Source of the DNA: a virus
Taxonomy: Duplodnaviria > Caudoviricetes
Reading direction: 5' to 3' (one strand)
Virus record (IMG/VR): IMGVR_UViG_3300048881_000698
Coordinates: 32,001 to 96,000 of that record
DNA length: 64,000 nt
Positions 1-9,277 of the stretch are shown here, piece by piece; positions within the stretch are counted from its first letter, which is position 1; each line of letters begins with the position of its first letter. The notes beneath the pieces are model-generated. The model made no database searches, was not told where the DNA came from, and saw nothing but the letters and a program-made list of their open reading frames with translations. The translations under genes and the position numbers were made by a program.

Positions 1-1232
1 CTATAAAACTGAGATTTTCTATTCCAAAAGTTTAACAGATCTTTCTGTATCCACTCGCTTTCCTTGCCCTTTTCAATTAAACCTTGAGAAGGGAAGCCGT
101 CGCTATAAGGTAATAGGTTGCTGAGTTGTTTAAGTATGGCCCGGGCTTCACCAAACCAATCTGCGTCTTTGAGGAAACGGATCTCTTGAAAATTGTGCGA
201 AGCTAAGTCTGGATCCCAAACCTGCCCGGGCATGACTGCTAACTCTTCAGGGCTAGCTTCTCCAGGATTTGCCCTGGCCCTATCCAAAAGTTGTTCTATC
301 TTATTCGCGAAGCCATGAATTTTTTCAAGCGCCTTACCAATCTTAAGCTTTGTAGTTTTCTCCGTGCCTGGTGGAGGAGCTTTGTCGGCAACGGCTAACA
401 TGATATTTATCACTTCTTGGAGATCCTCTTGTTCAAAAAGCTCAGTTCTAAGATCTCCAATTTCTGGGTGGACCCACTGGAGGGCGTAATCGCGGCTGGC
501 TTCGGGGCCTGTTCTGGATCGATCATCAATTGTGCGCGTCATGTTTGCTTTTGATATAGCAGAATCAGTGATAACTTTTTCGATTGATTTTCTTAGCCAC
601 GGAACGTATGTATGGGCGGCGTCTTCCCTCGAACGGCCGTCCTTCAGCTTCTCAACCACGACCCGCCCTTCCAGACCACTGTGCTGAAATGCTTCTGGCT
701 TGGCTAGTCGCTCAGGAAGCGAATGGTTGCTTTGGTTAAAACCGAAAAACATTTTTCCAATACGATTCGAATCCATAGCATATGGTCCCTCATTAAACGT
801 GTCTGCTAAAAGCTTTACTTTATTTCTTAGACTATCAGAAGATCGATTCTTGAGCATGCCATTAAAGATATTCATTGCTATTTCATCATAGTTAATCGTG
901 TCTGTCCTTGATATTGTGCCTTCTCCCAAATCTACATCGAATCCAAAATTTTGAAAAAGCGTTATGATATCTCCAACCGGGCCCTCTGCTTGTGTTCTCA
1001 TGGGCTCGGAGGCACGAAGAGCACCTCCAAACAGTTTGCTAAACGACAGTGATTTATCTGTATCAGTGTTATTATACAGTATGGCCATAACCTTTTCCGC
1101 TCTTTGCTGGCTAATTTCGTTCAACATCAAAGTGCCGTCCAAACGCTCTTCGTTTAACAGTGAACGTTCACCTGTCGACTGTACAGGTTCTTCGTTTATA
1201 TATTCTCGCCATTTTTTAAAAAAGTTTGTCAA
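1..1232 (-). CDS. Hypothetical protein, partial (runs off the left edge); not in the ORF track
   Basis: TTG at 1230-1232 follows AAGGA. The frame reads MTNFFKKWREYINEE...FWNRKSQFY and is open to the window end. Confidence 0.75.
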   Translation of the reverse strand, partial: MTNFFKKWREYINEEPVQSTGERSLLNEERLDGTLMLNEISQQRAEKVMAILYNNTDTDKSLSFSKLFGGALRASEPMRTQAEGPVGDIITLFQNFGFDVDLGEGTISRTDTINYDEIAMNIFNGMLKNRSSDSLRNKVKLLADTFNEGPYAMDSNRIGKMFFGFNQSNHSLPERLAKPEAFQHSGLEGRVVVEKLKDGRSREDAAHTYVPWLRKSIEKVITDSAISKANMTRTIDDRSRTGPEASRDYALQWVHPEIGDLRTELFEQEDLQEVINIMLAVADKAPPPGTEKTTKLKIGKALEKIHGFANKIEQLLDRARANPGEASPEELAVMPGQVWDPDLASHNFQEIRFLKDADWFGEARAILKQLSNLLPYSDGFPSQGLIEKGKESEWIQKDLLNFWNRKSQFY

Positions 1233-1245
1233 GATTTATATCCTT

Positions 1246-1971
1246 TTATATCTCTTGCTGGCCAAGCTTTCTTGTTGCTACAAATCTCACGCTTTTTACT
1301 CCGGAAATTCTTAACAGGGCGCGTTTTAAAAGGGACAAAAAGTACTGTGATGGTCTAGCACCCTTAAGATATTTAATATTGAGAAACAACCTGTCCAGCG
1401 ATGGTCCTATTTCCTGTGCTGTACTCTGAATAGATACGACTGTAACCCCTTCAATAGCTCTAATTCTAGTGAAAATATGTTCGTAATTAACTGTTTTACC
1501 AACCACAAAATGTGCTTCTGTTTCAAATACTTCAAGATCTTGTTCTTGAAGTATTGAATTTTCTACAAACAAAGAATCCCCGAGCACATTATCAATATTT
1601 TGCTCGAGCGATTCGCTAATCTCTGCTTGCGTCTCCAGGCGGTTTTGTTCCTTTTCTTGTTTTTGTTCTTGAGATGCTACCTGCGCTTGTTGCGCTTGCT
1701 CGATCTGAAAATGCTGCATAAGCTGCAGTAATATATCCTGTGCCAGCGGAGTACTCTGCAGCCCTTCCATGGCCGCCTGCAGCCCTTCCATGGCCCCTCC
1801 AATAGCCTGGGCGGCCTGTTGAGTGCCAACCACGATCTCGAGGGCTTGTTGAACCATAGGTACAAGCTGTTCTGGCGGGATCGTCTCTTGCTCGAGAAGT
1901 ATACTTTTAATTTTCGTTTTAAAAACTTCTTTTTTCGCAATCTCTGTTAACTGCTGTCTATTCACGTTCAT
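1246..1971 (-). CDS. Hypothetical protein with Gln/Ala-rich N-terminal half and a probable ACT/ferredoxin-like C-terminal domain
   Basis: ORF 1246..2022; ATG at 1971 (MNVNRQ) is the more likely start. IRAIEGVTVV and LRISGVKSV repeats resemble ACT/AsnC-type folds. Confidence 0.6.
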   Translation of the reverse strand: MNVNRQQLTEIAKKEVFKTKIKSILLEQETIPPEQLVPMVQQALEIVVGTQQAAQAIGGAMEGLQAAMEGLQSTPLAQDILLQLMQHFQIEQAQQAQVASQEQKQEKEQNRLETQAEISESLEQNIDNVLGDSLFVENSILQEQDLEVFETEAHFVVGKTVNYEHIFTRIRAIEGVTVVSIQSTAQEIGPSLDRLFLNIKYLKGARPSQYFLSLLKRALLRISGVKSVRFVATRKLGQQEI

Positions 1972-2027
1972 TAAAAACCCCTTATTTATTGTATCATTAT
2001 AATTAGTTGTTTTTACAATCAAAATAC

Positions 2028-2054
2028 AAAAAAGACCCTTACAAGGGTCTTTTT
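2028..2054. terminator. Rho-independent terminator, bidirectional shape, downstream of hsp20
   Basis: AAAAAAGACCCTT-AC-AAGGGTCTTTTT. Confidence 0.8.
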
Positions 2055-2078
2055 CTAAATAGTGTGTTTTAAATTACA

Positions 2079-2510
2079 TTATTTAATGTCGATTGTTTGA
2101 ACGGGAATACGTTCCACCTCAGGTTTTTTTACACTAATAGTGAGAATTCCATCCTTGTATTCTGCATTAACGCTTTTAGCCGTCGTACCTTCTGGCACAG
2201 TCCACGAACGAGTGAAAGAACTGAAATGATGTCTGCGACTATTTTTCTCCTCCGAAGTACCTCCAGATGAATATGAAACTGTAAGAACTCTGTTTTCCAA
2301 TCTTGCTGAAAGGTTTTCCTTTTGCAGGCCTGGTACAGCAAGTTCAGCAACGTGAGAATCGTCGGTTTCGTACACATCAGCTACTGGTTCCAGTGAGCGG
2401 TTAGACAGTCGTGGAAGTCTAGAGTCCGTAAAAAGTGACGTCGGAAAAAGATCCTTCATGAAGTCGTCAAACGGATCTGTAAAAGTGCGTCGTGCAAGTA
2501 AATTACCCAT
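2079..2510 (-). CDS. Small heat shock protein (Hsp20/alpha-crystallin)
   Basis: DVYET...ELAVPGLQKE...FSSFTRSWTVP...AEYKDGILTI and C-terminal IDIK motif; AGGAG Shine-Dalgarno. Confidence 0.95.
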   Translation of the reverse strand: MGNLLARRTFTDPFDDFMKDLFPTSLFTDSRLPRLSNRSLEPVADVYETDDSHVAELAVPGLQKENLSARLENRVLTVSYSSGGTSEEKNSRRHHFSSFTRSWTVPEGTTAKSVNAEYKDGILTISVKKPEVERIPVQTIDIK

Positions 2511-2548
2511 ATTAATATCTCCTTTTAGTTAATAGGTTTCTAATTGAT

Positions 2549-2576
2549 AATATAATAACTTTGTACCAAAAGTCAA
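2549..2576 (-). promoter_or_regulatory. sigma70-type promoter for hsp20
   Basis: TTGACT-N16-TATATT on the minus strand. Confidence 0.55.
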
Positions 2577-2651
2577 GACCCTTTTTCAAAAAAAGTATAT
2601 TTTCACGAAGTTCTTCATATGACTGTCTGTCGTAATGCACCATTAAAAGCA

Positions 2652-3008
2652 TCAGTGAACAGTCAAAGAAATTCTATATTTATAAAGCAAATCATGATCG
2701 TTTAACAACATTAAGCTCGCTTGCGATCTTAAGAGATCTGCATACCGTGGCTTTATTTTTAAAACCTCAGGATCTTCTGGGCTGCGATCTGCAGAAGCGA
2801 AAATTTCTAATAGCAGTTTTACATACTGGTTTAGGGTGCTGTAATACTCACATAAGAGAGGTACAAGTGAGCTTTTCCACATTTTTTCATCGGCGGCATT
2901 TTCAGTTATTAAAAACTTTAACAATTCTCTCGTTGATTTAGCTTCAAGAATTTGTTGTTTGCACGTGTCCCGAGACATACTGATGTGAGTTGGCAAATCG
3001 TTGGCCAT
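2652..3008 (-). CDS. Hypothetical protein
   Basis: 118-aa ORF in the co-directional gene run. Confidence 0.6.
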   Translation of the reverse strand: MANDLPTHISMSRDTCKQQILEAKSTRELLKFLITENAADEKMWKSSLVPLLCEYYSTLNQYVKLLLEIFASADRSPEDPEVLKIKPRYADLLRSQASLMLLNDHDLLYKYRISLTVH

Positions 3009-3014
3009 GATAAA

Positions 3015-3314
3015 TTAACCTTTTAAAATTTTCTTGTTTCTAACATTGAGCTTTTCTTCAATTACGGCTGGGTTGCCGATGACGACAACATCTAATCCTG
3101 CCTGGCCGCGATTCATATAAACTCGACTGAATTCTTGTTTATTATCAAGGCCTTCCGGAAGCGATCCTTCCAACAACTTTCTTTTAAAAGTGGGATCCGA
3201 TCTAACACAAACAACGTGCTGGGGGTTTATAAACACTTCTCGCAGGGAAAAGTTCCTCTGTGTATTTTTTGTATGTGTTTTCGTTGCTTCATAAACTTCA
3301 ATAAATTTAACCAT
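3015..3314 (-). CDS. Hypothetical protein (small beta-rich)
   Basis: 99-aa ORF overlapping the upstream gene's stop. Confidence 0.65.
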   Translation of the reverse strand: MVKFIEVYEATKTHTKNTQRNFSLREVFINPQHVVCVRSDPTFKRKLLEGSLPEGLDNKQEFSRVYMNRGQAGLDVVVIGNPAVIEEKLNVRNKKILKG

Positions 3315-3579
3315 CGCCTTTGCCTCCTGGTATCGGATAAATGTCTATTTTGGGCACATACCATCGTTCCCCGTTGTATAGAATAGAACAGTACGGGCTA
3401 TGTGTCTCATTCTCCACAATCATAGCGGACGATGGGGCTTTAGTTTTGATGAACTTTTTAACACTGGTCTTGTCGGCAAACTGCAAAAGTGTCAAATCAG
3501 ATGGAATAAAAGCCAGGTCGCCTTTTTTAAAGCTATTCATTGGCTTCCTCCACAGTGGGCTCTTCAACTTCTTTTTCAT
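3307..3579 (-). CDS. Hypothetical protein, SH3/KOW-like
   Basis: FKKGDLAFI...ILYNGERWYV pattern; the true start is probably the MNSFKK ATG. Confidence 0.55.
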   Translation of the reverse strand: MKKKLKSPLWRKPMNSFKKGDLAFIPSDLTLLQFADKTSVKKFIKTKAPSSAMIVENETHSPYCSILYNGERWYVPKIDIYPIPGGKGDG

Positions 3580-3874
3580 TTAAAGGGTCAGCCGACTTTT
3601 TTTCTTGTTCTAGAAACAATCCAAGGTATCCCTCCAAAATACTAATGTAATCAGACAAAGCAAGATCCACTTTTGTTAAAGCTCTTCTTGCTTTGTCCAT
3701 ATCTCGCGCGCCTTCCATCACTTTTTTTACGTTAGAGCTTTCTAAGCACCTCATTGCTCTCTCTAGAGACTCAAGCGCGTCTATTCTTAATTCCTTTGTG
3801 ACATTGCGCAACAAATCAGTTATCACTTTAGGAACTTCTTCCACTTCAACGTTGTAAGTTATACCAACTCTCAC
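3533..3874 (-). CDS. Hypothetical helical protein
   Basis: GTG start with GGAGG upstream and its own promoter. Confidence 0.7.
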   Translation of the reverse strand: MRVGITYNVEVEEVPKVITDLLRNVTKELRIDALESLERAMRCLESSNVKKVMEGARDMDKARRALTKVDLALSDYISILEGYLGLFLEQEKKSADPLNEKEVEEPTVEEANE

Positions 3875-3895
3875 TGTACTATACCTCCATACACT

Positions 3896-3924
3896 ACTAT
3901 ACTACACTATAAAAAATTTGTCAA
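3896..3924 (-). promoter_or_regulatory. sigma70-type promoter
   Basis: TTGACA (3924-3919)-N17-TATAGT (3901-3896). Confidence 0.8.
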
Positions 3925-4583
3925 GACTTTTTTATTTTTTTCAAGTGCCTCTCTTCGCACTCCACTGATCTTTCTTCGCCTACCGGTAAGATTGAATAAG
4001 GCTTTGTTCCTTTTGCGGCTCGAACAACCGGCCTTTCATTAACTTCAACTACAACCGCAATTTTATTTTTAATATCTTCAGGGGCGTTTGTTCTTCCTTG
4101 CACTAGCTCGCCAACTTCAAACACGGGCTCTGAAAAAGTAGAACTCAATACTTTTTTTGCATATTTGTTTTCACACAACGACAAGTACTGAGTTTTGACA
4201 GGAACAAACTTATCATCGTTTAAGATTTTCTCCGCCAGATTGGCAAAGTATGGAGGGTTGGCCTTATAATATTTTGCGCATATTTTTGCAATCGGCTTCT
4301 TATTTTCAAGGTATTCTTTCGCCCACTTGCTATGTCTTTCGGAGCCTTTTTCTAAGTTTATAAACTCTATATCTTTTAGTGCTCTAAGCTGTCTTCTTGT
4401 AAGGCCGCCATGTTCCTGATAATAAGTCTGCAAAGATTTTAAAAATAATCTTGTTGTCTCCGAGACATTAGATTCTTCTAAAAGCTTTTTAATGCGAGGT
4501 TCAACACCAGGCTCTTGAATTAATTTATTCTTTTTTTTATATGGTTTATACAACATCGTCGACGCCCTTTCATCCGGTACCAC
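3921..4583 (-). CDS. Hypothetical protein with a probable C-terminal SH3/KOW-like domain
   Basis: 220-aa basic ORF; FEVGELVQGR...IAVVVEV...YSILPVG. Confidence 0.6.
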   Translation of the reverse strand: MVPDERASTMLYKPYKKKNKLIQEPGVEPRIKKLLEESNVSETTRLFLKSLQTYYQEHGGLTRRQLRALKDIEFINLEKGSERHSKWAKEYLENKKPIAKICAKYYKANPPYFANLAEKILNDDKFVPVKTQYLSLCENKYAKKVLSSTFSEPVFEVGELVQGRTNAPEDIKNKIAVVVEVNERPVVRAAKGTKPYSILPVGEERSVECEERHLKKIKKS

Positions 4584-4854
4584 CCATTGTGAGCCAAAGT
4601 GCCCTTGTTATCAAAATAACTGTGCTACCGATAATCATCCATATCATTTTAGAATGAGTATGTTTCCAACGTTCCAATTCTCTAATCCTTGCATAAATCC
4701 CCTCATCTGGGTTATAAACGGCCTCCTTAATCTTATCTATGCCATCAGCCATCTCATTCTGCTTTTCCTTAACAGCTTCGATGCCATCCATCATTCTTTC
4801 AAGTTTGCCATTTAATTCAAGCACTTCCGCCACCAATGTTGTATTATCATCCAT
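4570..4854 (-). CDS. Coiled-coil protein with a C-terminal transmembrane helix (XhlA/holin-like)
   Basis: Heptad repeats, then IYARIRELERWK, then hydrophobic MIWMIIGSTVILI; late motif upstream. Confidence 0.5.
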   Translation of the reverse strand: MDDNTTLVAEVLELNGKLERMMDGIEAVKEKQNEMADGIDKIKEAVYNPDEGIYARIRELERWKHTHSKMIWMIIGSTVILITRALWLTMGGTG

Positions 4855-4907
4855 TTTCCTGGTTCCAACGCATTAAAAGCATGTACTTTAAATAGTAGGA
4901 CCAAGAG

Positions 4908-6476
4908 CTAAATCTCTATAATTGCATGGTTTGTAGTCAACAAAACAGAAGAAACTGACGCTGCGTTTTGAAGAGCCAGCCTTGTTACCTTCGCAGGATC
5001 AATAATTCCGTTTTCTAGCATGTTAACCACTTCCCCTTTTGCAAAATCAAATCCATAGCCTTCTACCTCGTGTTCAATCGTACTTAATATCACATCAGGA
5101 GACTCGCCAGCATTTAGTGCCATTTGCTTTATCGGTGCTTTCACTGCTTCGCATACAATCTTCATGCCAACTTCTTGTTCTTCATTTTCAAACTCTACCT
5201 CTAGGTTTTTCGAAGCGTTGAGTAACGCAACTCCGCCGCCCGGTACGACACCTTCCAATTGCGCTGAACGGACGGCTTCCAAGGCATCTTCAATCCTATG
5301 TCTCTTCTCTATCATTTCCACTTCAGTAGAGCCGCCAACTCTAATAATAGCTACGCCACTAACAAGTCTTGTGATCCTTTCTTGGATTCTTTCACACTCG
5401 TACAAAGACTCTGTTTGCTCAAGTTCCGCTTTCAGCAAATCAATTCTGTCATCAACTTCGTCAGCATCTCCAGCCCCTCCGACAACGGTTGTCAAATTTT
5501 TGACAACTTCAATAGTTTTTGCAACACCCAAGTGTTCGAGTTTGACGTCTTTAAGTTTTAATCCGGTTTCTTTTGATACAAAAAAAGCGCCAACAGAAAC
5601 GGCAAGATCTTTCATTATATTTCTCCTCTCTTCGCCATACCTAGGCGCCTTAACACCCACAATTTTCATTGTGCCGCGGATAGCATTCATAATTAATGCC
5701 GCTAATGCCTGTCCTTCGATATTCTCAGCCACAATGACAAATGGTCTGTTCTCCCTTGAAACTACTTCAAGTATTGGTAGTAAGTCCTCAACCAATTCGA
5801 TGGTCGCGTCCACAACAAGTACCAATGGCTCTGTGTACCTAGCCGTCCCTCTCCGTTCATCGTTGATAAATTGAGGAGATAAATATCCTGAATCGAATCT
5901 AAACCCTTCGACAAGGTCAAGAGAAGTTTCTATTGACCTGGCTTCTTCTATTGTAATTGAACCATCCTTTCCCACCTTATCAACAGCTGTGGCTATAAGT
6001 TTTCCTATAGACTTGTCGCCGTTAGCAGAGATGGTCGCAATGTGGGCTATATCATCCTCGCTCATTATAGGGACGGAAGCGCTTTCAAGGTTGACCACAA
6101 TTGCGGAAACGGTTTTGTCAATGCCTCTTTTTAATTCTATCGGAGAGTGTCCAGCAACCAAGTATCTTTGTGCGTGAACCAGGATCTCGCGAGCCAACAC
6201 TGTCGCTGTTGTAGTTCCATCTCCTGCGTCCATATTTGTTTGTGCGGATGCCTGTTTAAGTATCTGTACGCCAGCATTTTCAAATGGATCTTCCAAATCT
6301 ACAAACTGCGCGATGGTGACGCCGTCCTTTGTAATGATAGGTGCTGTACCTTTTTTGTGTAGTATCACATTTCTGCCTCGCGGGCCTAAAGTGGAAGCTA
6401 CGTTATCAGCTAAAATGTTAACGCCGTCTAATACTTTTTTATGTAAAGACGATCCAGAATCAAATTCTTTACTCAT
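4908..6476 (-). CDS. groEL: Chaperonin GroEL
   Basis: TLGPRGRNV, ITKDGVT, AGDGTTTATV, VPGGG, GIIDPAKV; no GGM tail. Confidence 0.97.
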   Translation of the reverse strand: MSKEFDSGSSLHKKVLDGVNILADNVASTLGPRGRNVILHKKGTAPIITKDGVTIAQFVDLEDPFENAGVQILKQASAQTNMDAGDGTTTATVLAREILVHAQRYLVAGHSPIELKRGIDKTVSAIVVNLESASVPIMSEDDIAHIATISANGDKSIGKLIATAVDKVGKDGSITIEEARSIETSLDLVEGFRFDSGYLSPQFINDERRGTARYTEPLVLVVDATIELVEDLLPILEVVSRENRPFVIVAENIEGQALAALIMNAIRGTMKIVGVKAPRYGEERRNIMKDLAVSVGAFFVSKETGLKLKDVKLEHLGVAKTIEVVKNLTTVVGGAGDADEVDDRIDLLKAELEQTESLYECERIQERITRLVSGVAIIRVGGSTEVEMIEKRHRIEDALEAVRSAQLEGVVPGGGVALLNASKNLEVEFENEEQEVGMKIVCEAVKAPIKQMALNAGESPDVILSTIEHEVEGYGFDFAKGEVVNMLENGIIDPAKVTRLALQNAASVSSVLLTTNHAIIEI

Positions 6477-6483
6477 ATTATGT

Positions 6484-6511
6484 ATTATACATGTTTTTCA
6501 AAAAATGTAAA
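6484..6511 (-). promoter_or_regulatory. sigma70-type promoter for groEL
   Basis: TTTACA-N16-TATAAT on the minus strand. Confidence 0.6.
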
Positions 6512-6513
6512 GT

Positions 6514-8193
6514 TTAAATTTTTTCAGCTGGCGCCGAAATTTCCTCTGAAACTTTCTTGGTTTTTTCACCAATTCTATGGGAAGAATCGATTGCTTCAGT
6601 TGCAACTTGATTCTCCATGCCCTCAGCAAAATAAGCGCGCAATCTGTCAGTCAATATTCTAAGTTCTTTAAAGATTTCAAAGACTTTGTCGTTGATGACG
6701 TCGCGACACATATTGGCCATCGCCTCTACCGCTTGTGAACCAATAAACAAACGGCCGAGATAAGCCTGCTCTTTTGTCTCTGGCGGTTCGTTTTCAATGG
6801 CGCTCTTATAAAGGATCCATTCGCCTTTGCTTCGGTACCCGTACGTCTTTGTCATGATGTCCCAAAATGCATCTTCCCCACTTTCTTGCTTGACTTGATT
6901 CATATAAGCCAGAGACTCTTCAATAGAAGCATAATTGCCGACGGTTTTATGAGCCACTTTTCGTTCTTTTGTTGCCGCTTTGTGCTGCGACATCAATTCA
7001 CGATAAAGATCGAACAGCGTTGCCCGGACTCCATTCTGCGCTTGTAAATATGGGACTATAGCAGAGCGAGATTCAGGAGTTGACTCGACCCCCAGAATAT
7101 CGAGGATCAGTTTTTCTCTGCTGCCTTTGTTAAAGAGTTTCATACTTCCGGTGTCTTGTTCAAAGCCGCTCAGTACAGCCTCACCGACACTTTCAGTCCA
7201 GCCCTCTTTTGGTGGTGCTACGGTTTCCAATGTTGTATTTAAAATCTCGTCAAAATGTTCTAGAAAATATTCACCAAAGGGTAATACACCTTCTATCGCT
7301 TCCTCTTCGCCGCCTTGCACAATAGCTACTGGAAGTCTCAAGTAATCTGCTTTTTCGCCGCCCATTTGACCTAAATAATGCAGGATCGAATCGTAGGTAA
7401 AGTAAAATCTAAAAAACTTAATTACGCCCTCGACTTCTGTACCTTCTCCCTCAAGATCTTTCAAGACAACAATATATTCCATACTTTCTTTTTTAGTCGT
7501 GCCCGCGCCTGCTAGATCATTTACCAACTCGCGGAATGAGCCCTTAACTGCATTTTTCTTTTCGTCGAGCAGCTTAAGACTAATTGGTTTACCAGTCTTA
7601 GAAGTTAAATCGGCGATTGTCTTACTGCCGGTCGGGATTTGTTCGCCGCCAAGCAAAACTGCAATGAAAGATTCAAAAGTAAAACCAGCGGAGGAAGCAT
7701 TAAAACGTTGGAGGATCATTGTCAATGTTTTATAAAAGGTCAGGTAACTTAAGATCTTTGCAATTGATTGCCTGGGATCATCCAAGTTGACGCCGGCCCT
7801 TTTTAAATTCTGTTTTGATGCGCCTGTTTTCTCTGACTTGGAAAAGAAGGCTTCCAAGTACCTTAGCTTGGATTTAATATCATATCTCCGGGCGCCAATT
7901 TGGCTTAAAAACCGCTGAATCTGTTGTCTTGAGTCCGCGGGGTTGGCGCCGGCTGAAGTACTGGCCTTGCCCCATCCTAGTTCGTCTGCAGACAAGAATG
8001 GAATTCCTTCCCAGACCAGCTCGATAGACTGATTCTCTCCGGGTTTTGCCGTGGCCTCGAGGAGGCTAGTCTTCTTTTTCTTCATACCTGCGAGAATCTC
8101 TACACGCTCGACTAGTGCAACAAGAGAATCGAAATTAAAAGACGGTTCTTTATTCCCTTTGAAATATCTTTCTATGTTTTCTTCTAACGTCAT
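6514..8193 (-). CDS. Hypothetical protein with a PD-(D/E)xK nuclease-like core
   Basis: SAGFTFESFIA...IADL...PISLKL resembles restriction-endonuclease-fold motifs; late motif directly upstream. Confidence 0.5.
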   Translation of the reverse strand: MTLEENIERYFKGNKEPSFNFDSLVALVERVEILAGMKKKKTSLLEATAKPGENQSIELVWEGIPFLSADELGWGKASTSAGANPADSRQQIQRFLSQIGARRYDIKSKLRYLEAFFSKSEKTGASKQNLKRAGVNLDDPRQSIAKILSYLTFYKTLTMILQRFNASSAGFTFESFIAVLLGGEQIPTGSKTIADLTSKTGKPISLKLLDEKKNAVKGSFRELVNDLAGAGTTKKESMEYIVVLKDLEGEGTEVEGVIKFFRFYFTYDSILHYLGQMGGEKADYLRLPVAIVQGGEEEAIEGVLPFGEYFLEHFDEILNTTLETVAPPKEGWTESVGEAVLSGFEQDTGSMKLFNKGSREKLILDILGVESTPESRSAIVPYLQAQNGVRATLFDLYRELMSQHKAATKERKVAHKTVGNYASIEESLAYMNQVKQESGEDAFWDIMTKTYGYRSKGEWILYKSAIENEPPETKEQAYLGRLFIGSQAVEAMANMCRDVINDKVFEIFKELRILTDRLRAYFAEGMENQVATEAIDSSHRIGEKTKKVSEEISAPAEKI

Positions 8194-8208
8194 GATTATA
8201 AATAGTTA

Positions 8209-8871
8209 TCAAATGATAATATCGGCTATCCCTAATTCAATTGCCTCTTCTGCTGTCAAGTATACATTTACTTTTTTATTCAAAAGTTTTTTGATATAAC
8301 GTTTCGTCATCTTTGTTTCGTCGATGAGACACTTGACATGCTGATCTTGCAACCATTTTATTTCGTCCATCTCGTTTTCCAAGTTGTCGATGGAACCGTG
8401 ACTTGAACCCACAACACTATGCAGCATGATTCTACAGTTTTTACCAATTTTTCTTTTACCTTTTGTTCCAGCGGCTAACAATAGTACACCAGCTGACATG
8501 ACTTTTCCCAAGCCCATTGTATGAATTTCGCATTCACCACGAACCATGCGCATAACATCATACATGGAAAACATTTCTGCTGCTGAACCTCCATATGTAG
8601 AAATTATCAATTTGAACGGTTCACACTGTTCTGGTTTTTCACCTTCTTCAGGAGGGGGAGGCATACCTGTTTCCTTCAAATAAAGCATTGAATAAATTAA
8701 CTCAGCTGTTCGTTCTTCCGAGACCTCGCCATATAAACTCAAGACGCGGAGCTTGGACATTGGATCTGAATCTCCCACCTCAAAAGGAGAATTCAAAAAT
8801 AAAATCGATGGATCTAACTCCTCTTTGTTTTCTTCCTCTGATTCCGGTGTTTTTTCCTTTTCATTTTTCAA
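8209..8871 (-). CDS. clpP: ClpP-family protease
   Basis: ISTYGGS, VMSAGVLL (Ser), IMLHSV (His), YLTAEEAIELGIADII. Confidence 0.9.
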   Translation of the reverse strand: MKNEKEKTPESEEENKEELDPSILFLNSPFEVGDSDPMSKLRVLSLYGEVSEERTAELIYSMLYLKETGMPPPPEEGEKPEQCEPFKLIISTYGGSAAEMFSMYDVMRMVRGECEIHTMGLGKVMSAGVLLLAAGTKGKRKIGKNCRIMLHSVVGSSHGSIDNLENEMDEIKWLQDQHVKCLIDETKMTKRYIKKLLNKKVNVYLTAEEAIELGIADIII

Positions 8872-9274
8872 TTTTATAACCTTTTCCTTTGTTGATTTCT
8901 CTTTTATAGATTTTCTCCAATTCCTTTATTGCCCCATCCCAGTCCGAATAGTTCATCGTGTACCTATAAATCTTTGGACAGCTGGTTAACATGTTGGCTA
9001 TGCAGGAACTGCGCCAAACATAAAAAGACTTGTCGTCTACAACTTTTATTTTGTTTATTTGATCGTCGTCCATTCCAGCTTCCGACATGGTAACATATTT
9101 TATCCCTCTCACAAACCCAATTTCTTCGACAGCGAACTTTAACATTATCAAAATTTGCTCGTTAATTGACTTAACAAGGTTTGCCATATGACCATATGTG
9201 AGCATACCAGACAAAACTCTATACGAGAATACGCCAGCAAAAAACCAAAGCACTTCGTTATATTGTTCTAACAT
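8861..9274 (-). CDS. Hypothetical protein with an N-terminal hydrophobic segment
   Basis: 137-aa ORF; VLWFFAGVFSY. Confidence 0.6.
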   Translation of the reverse strand: MLEQYNEVLWFFAGVFSYRVLSGMLTYGHMANLVKSINEQILIMLKFAVEEIGFVRGIKYVTMSEAGMDDDQINKIKVVDDKSFYVWRSSCIANMLTSCPKIYRYTMNYSDWDGAIKELEKIYKREINKGKGYKIEK

Positions 9275-9277
9275 ATA

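Noticed and set aside
2511-2651. CIRCE or similar heat-shock operator upstream of hsp20 (and groEL)
   Set aside because: No TTAGCACTC-N9-GAGTGCTAA repeat is visible; only sigma70-like promoters.
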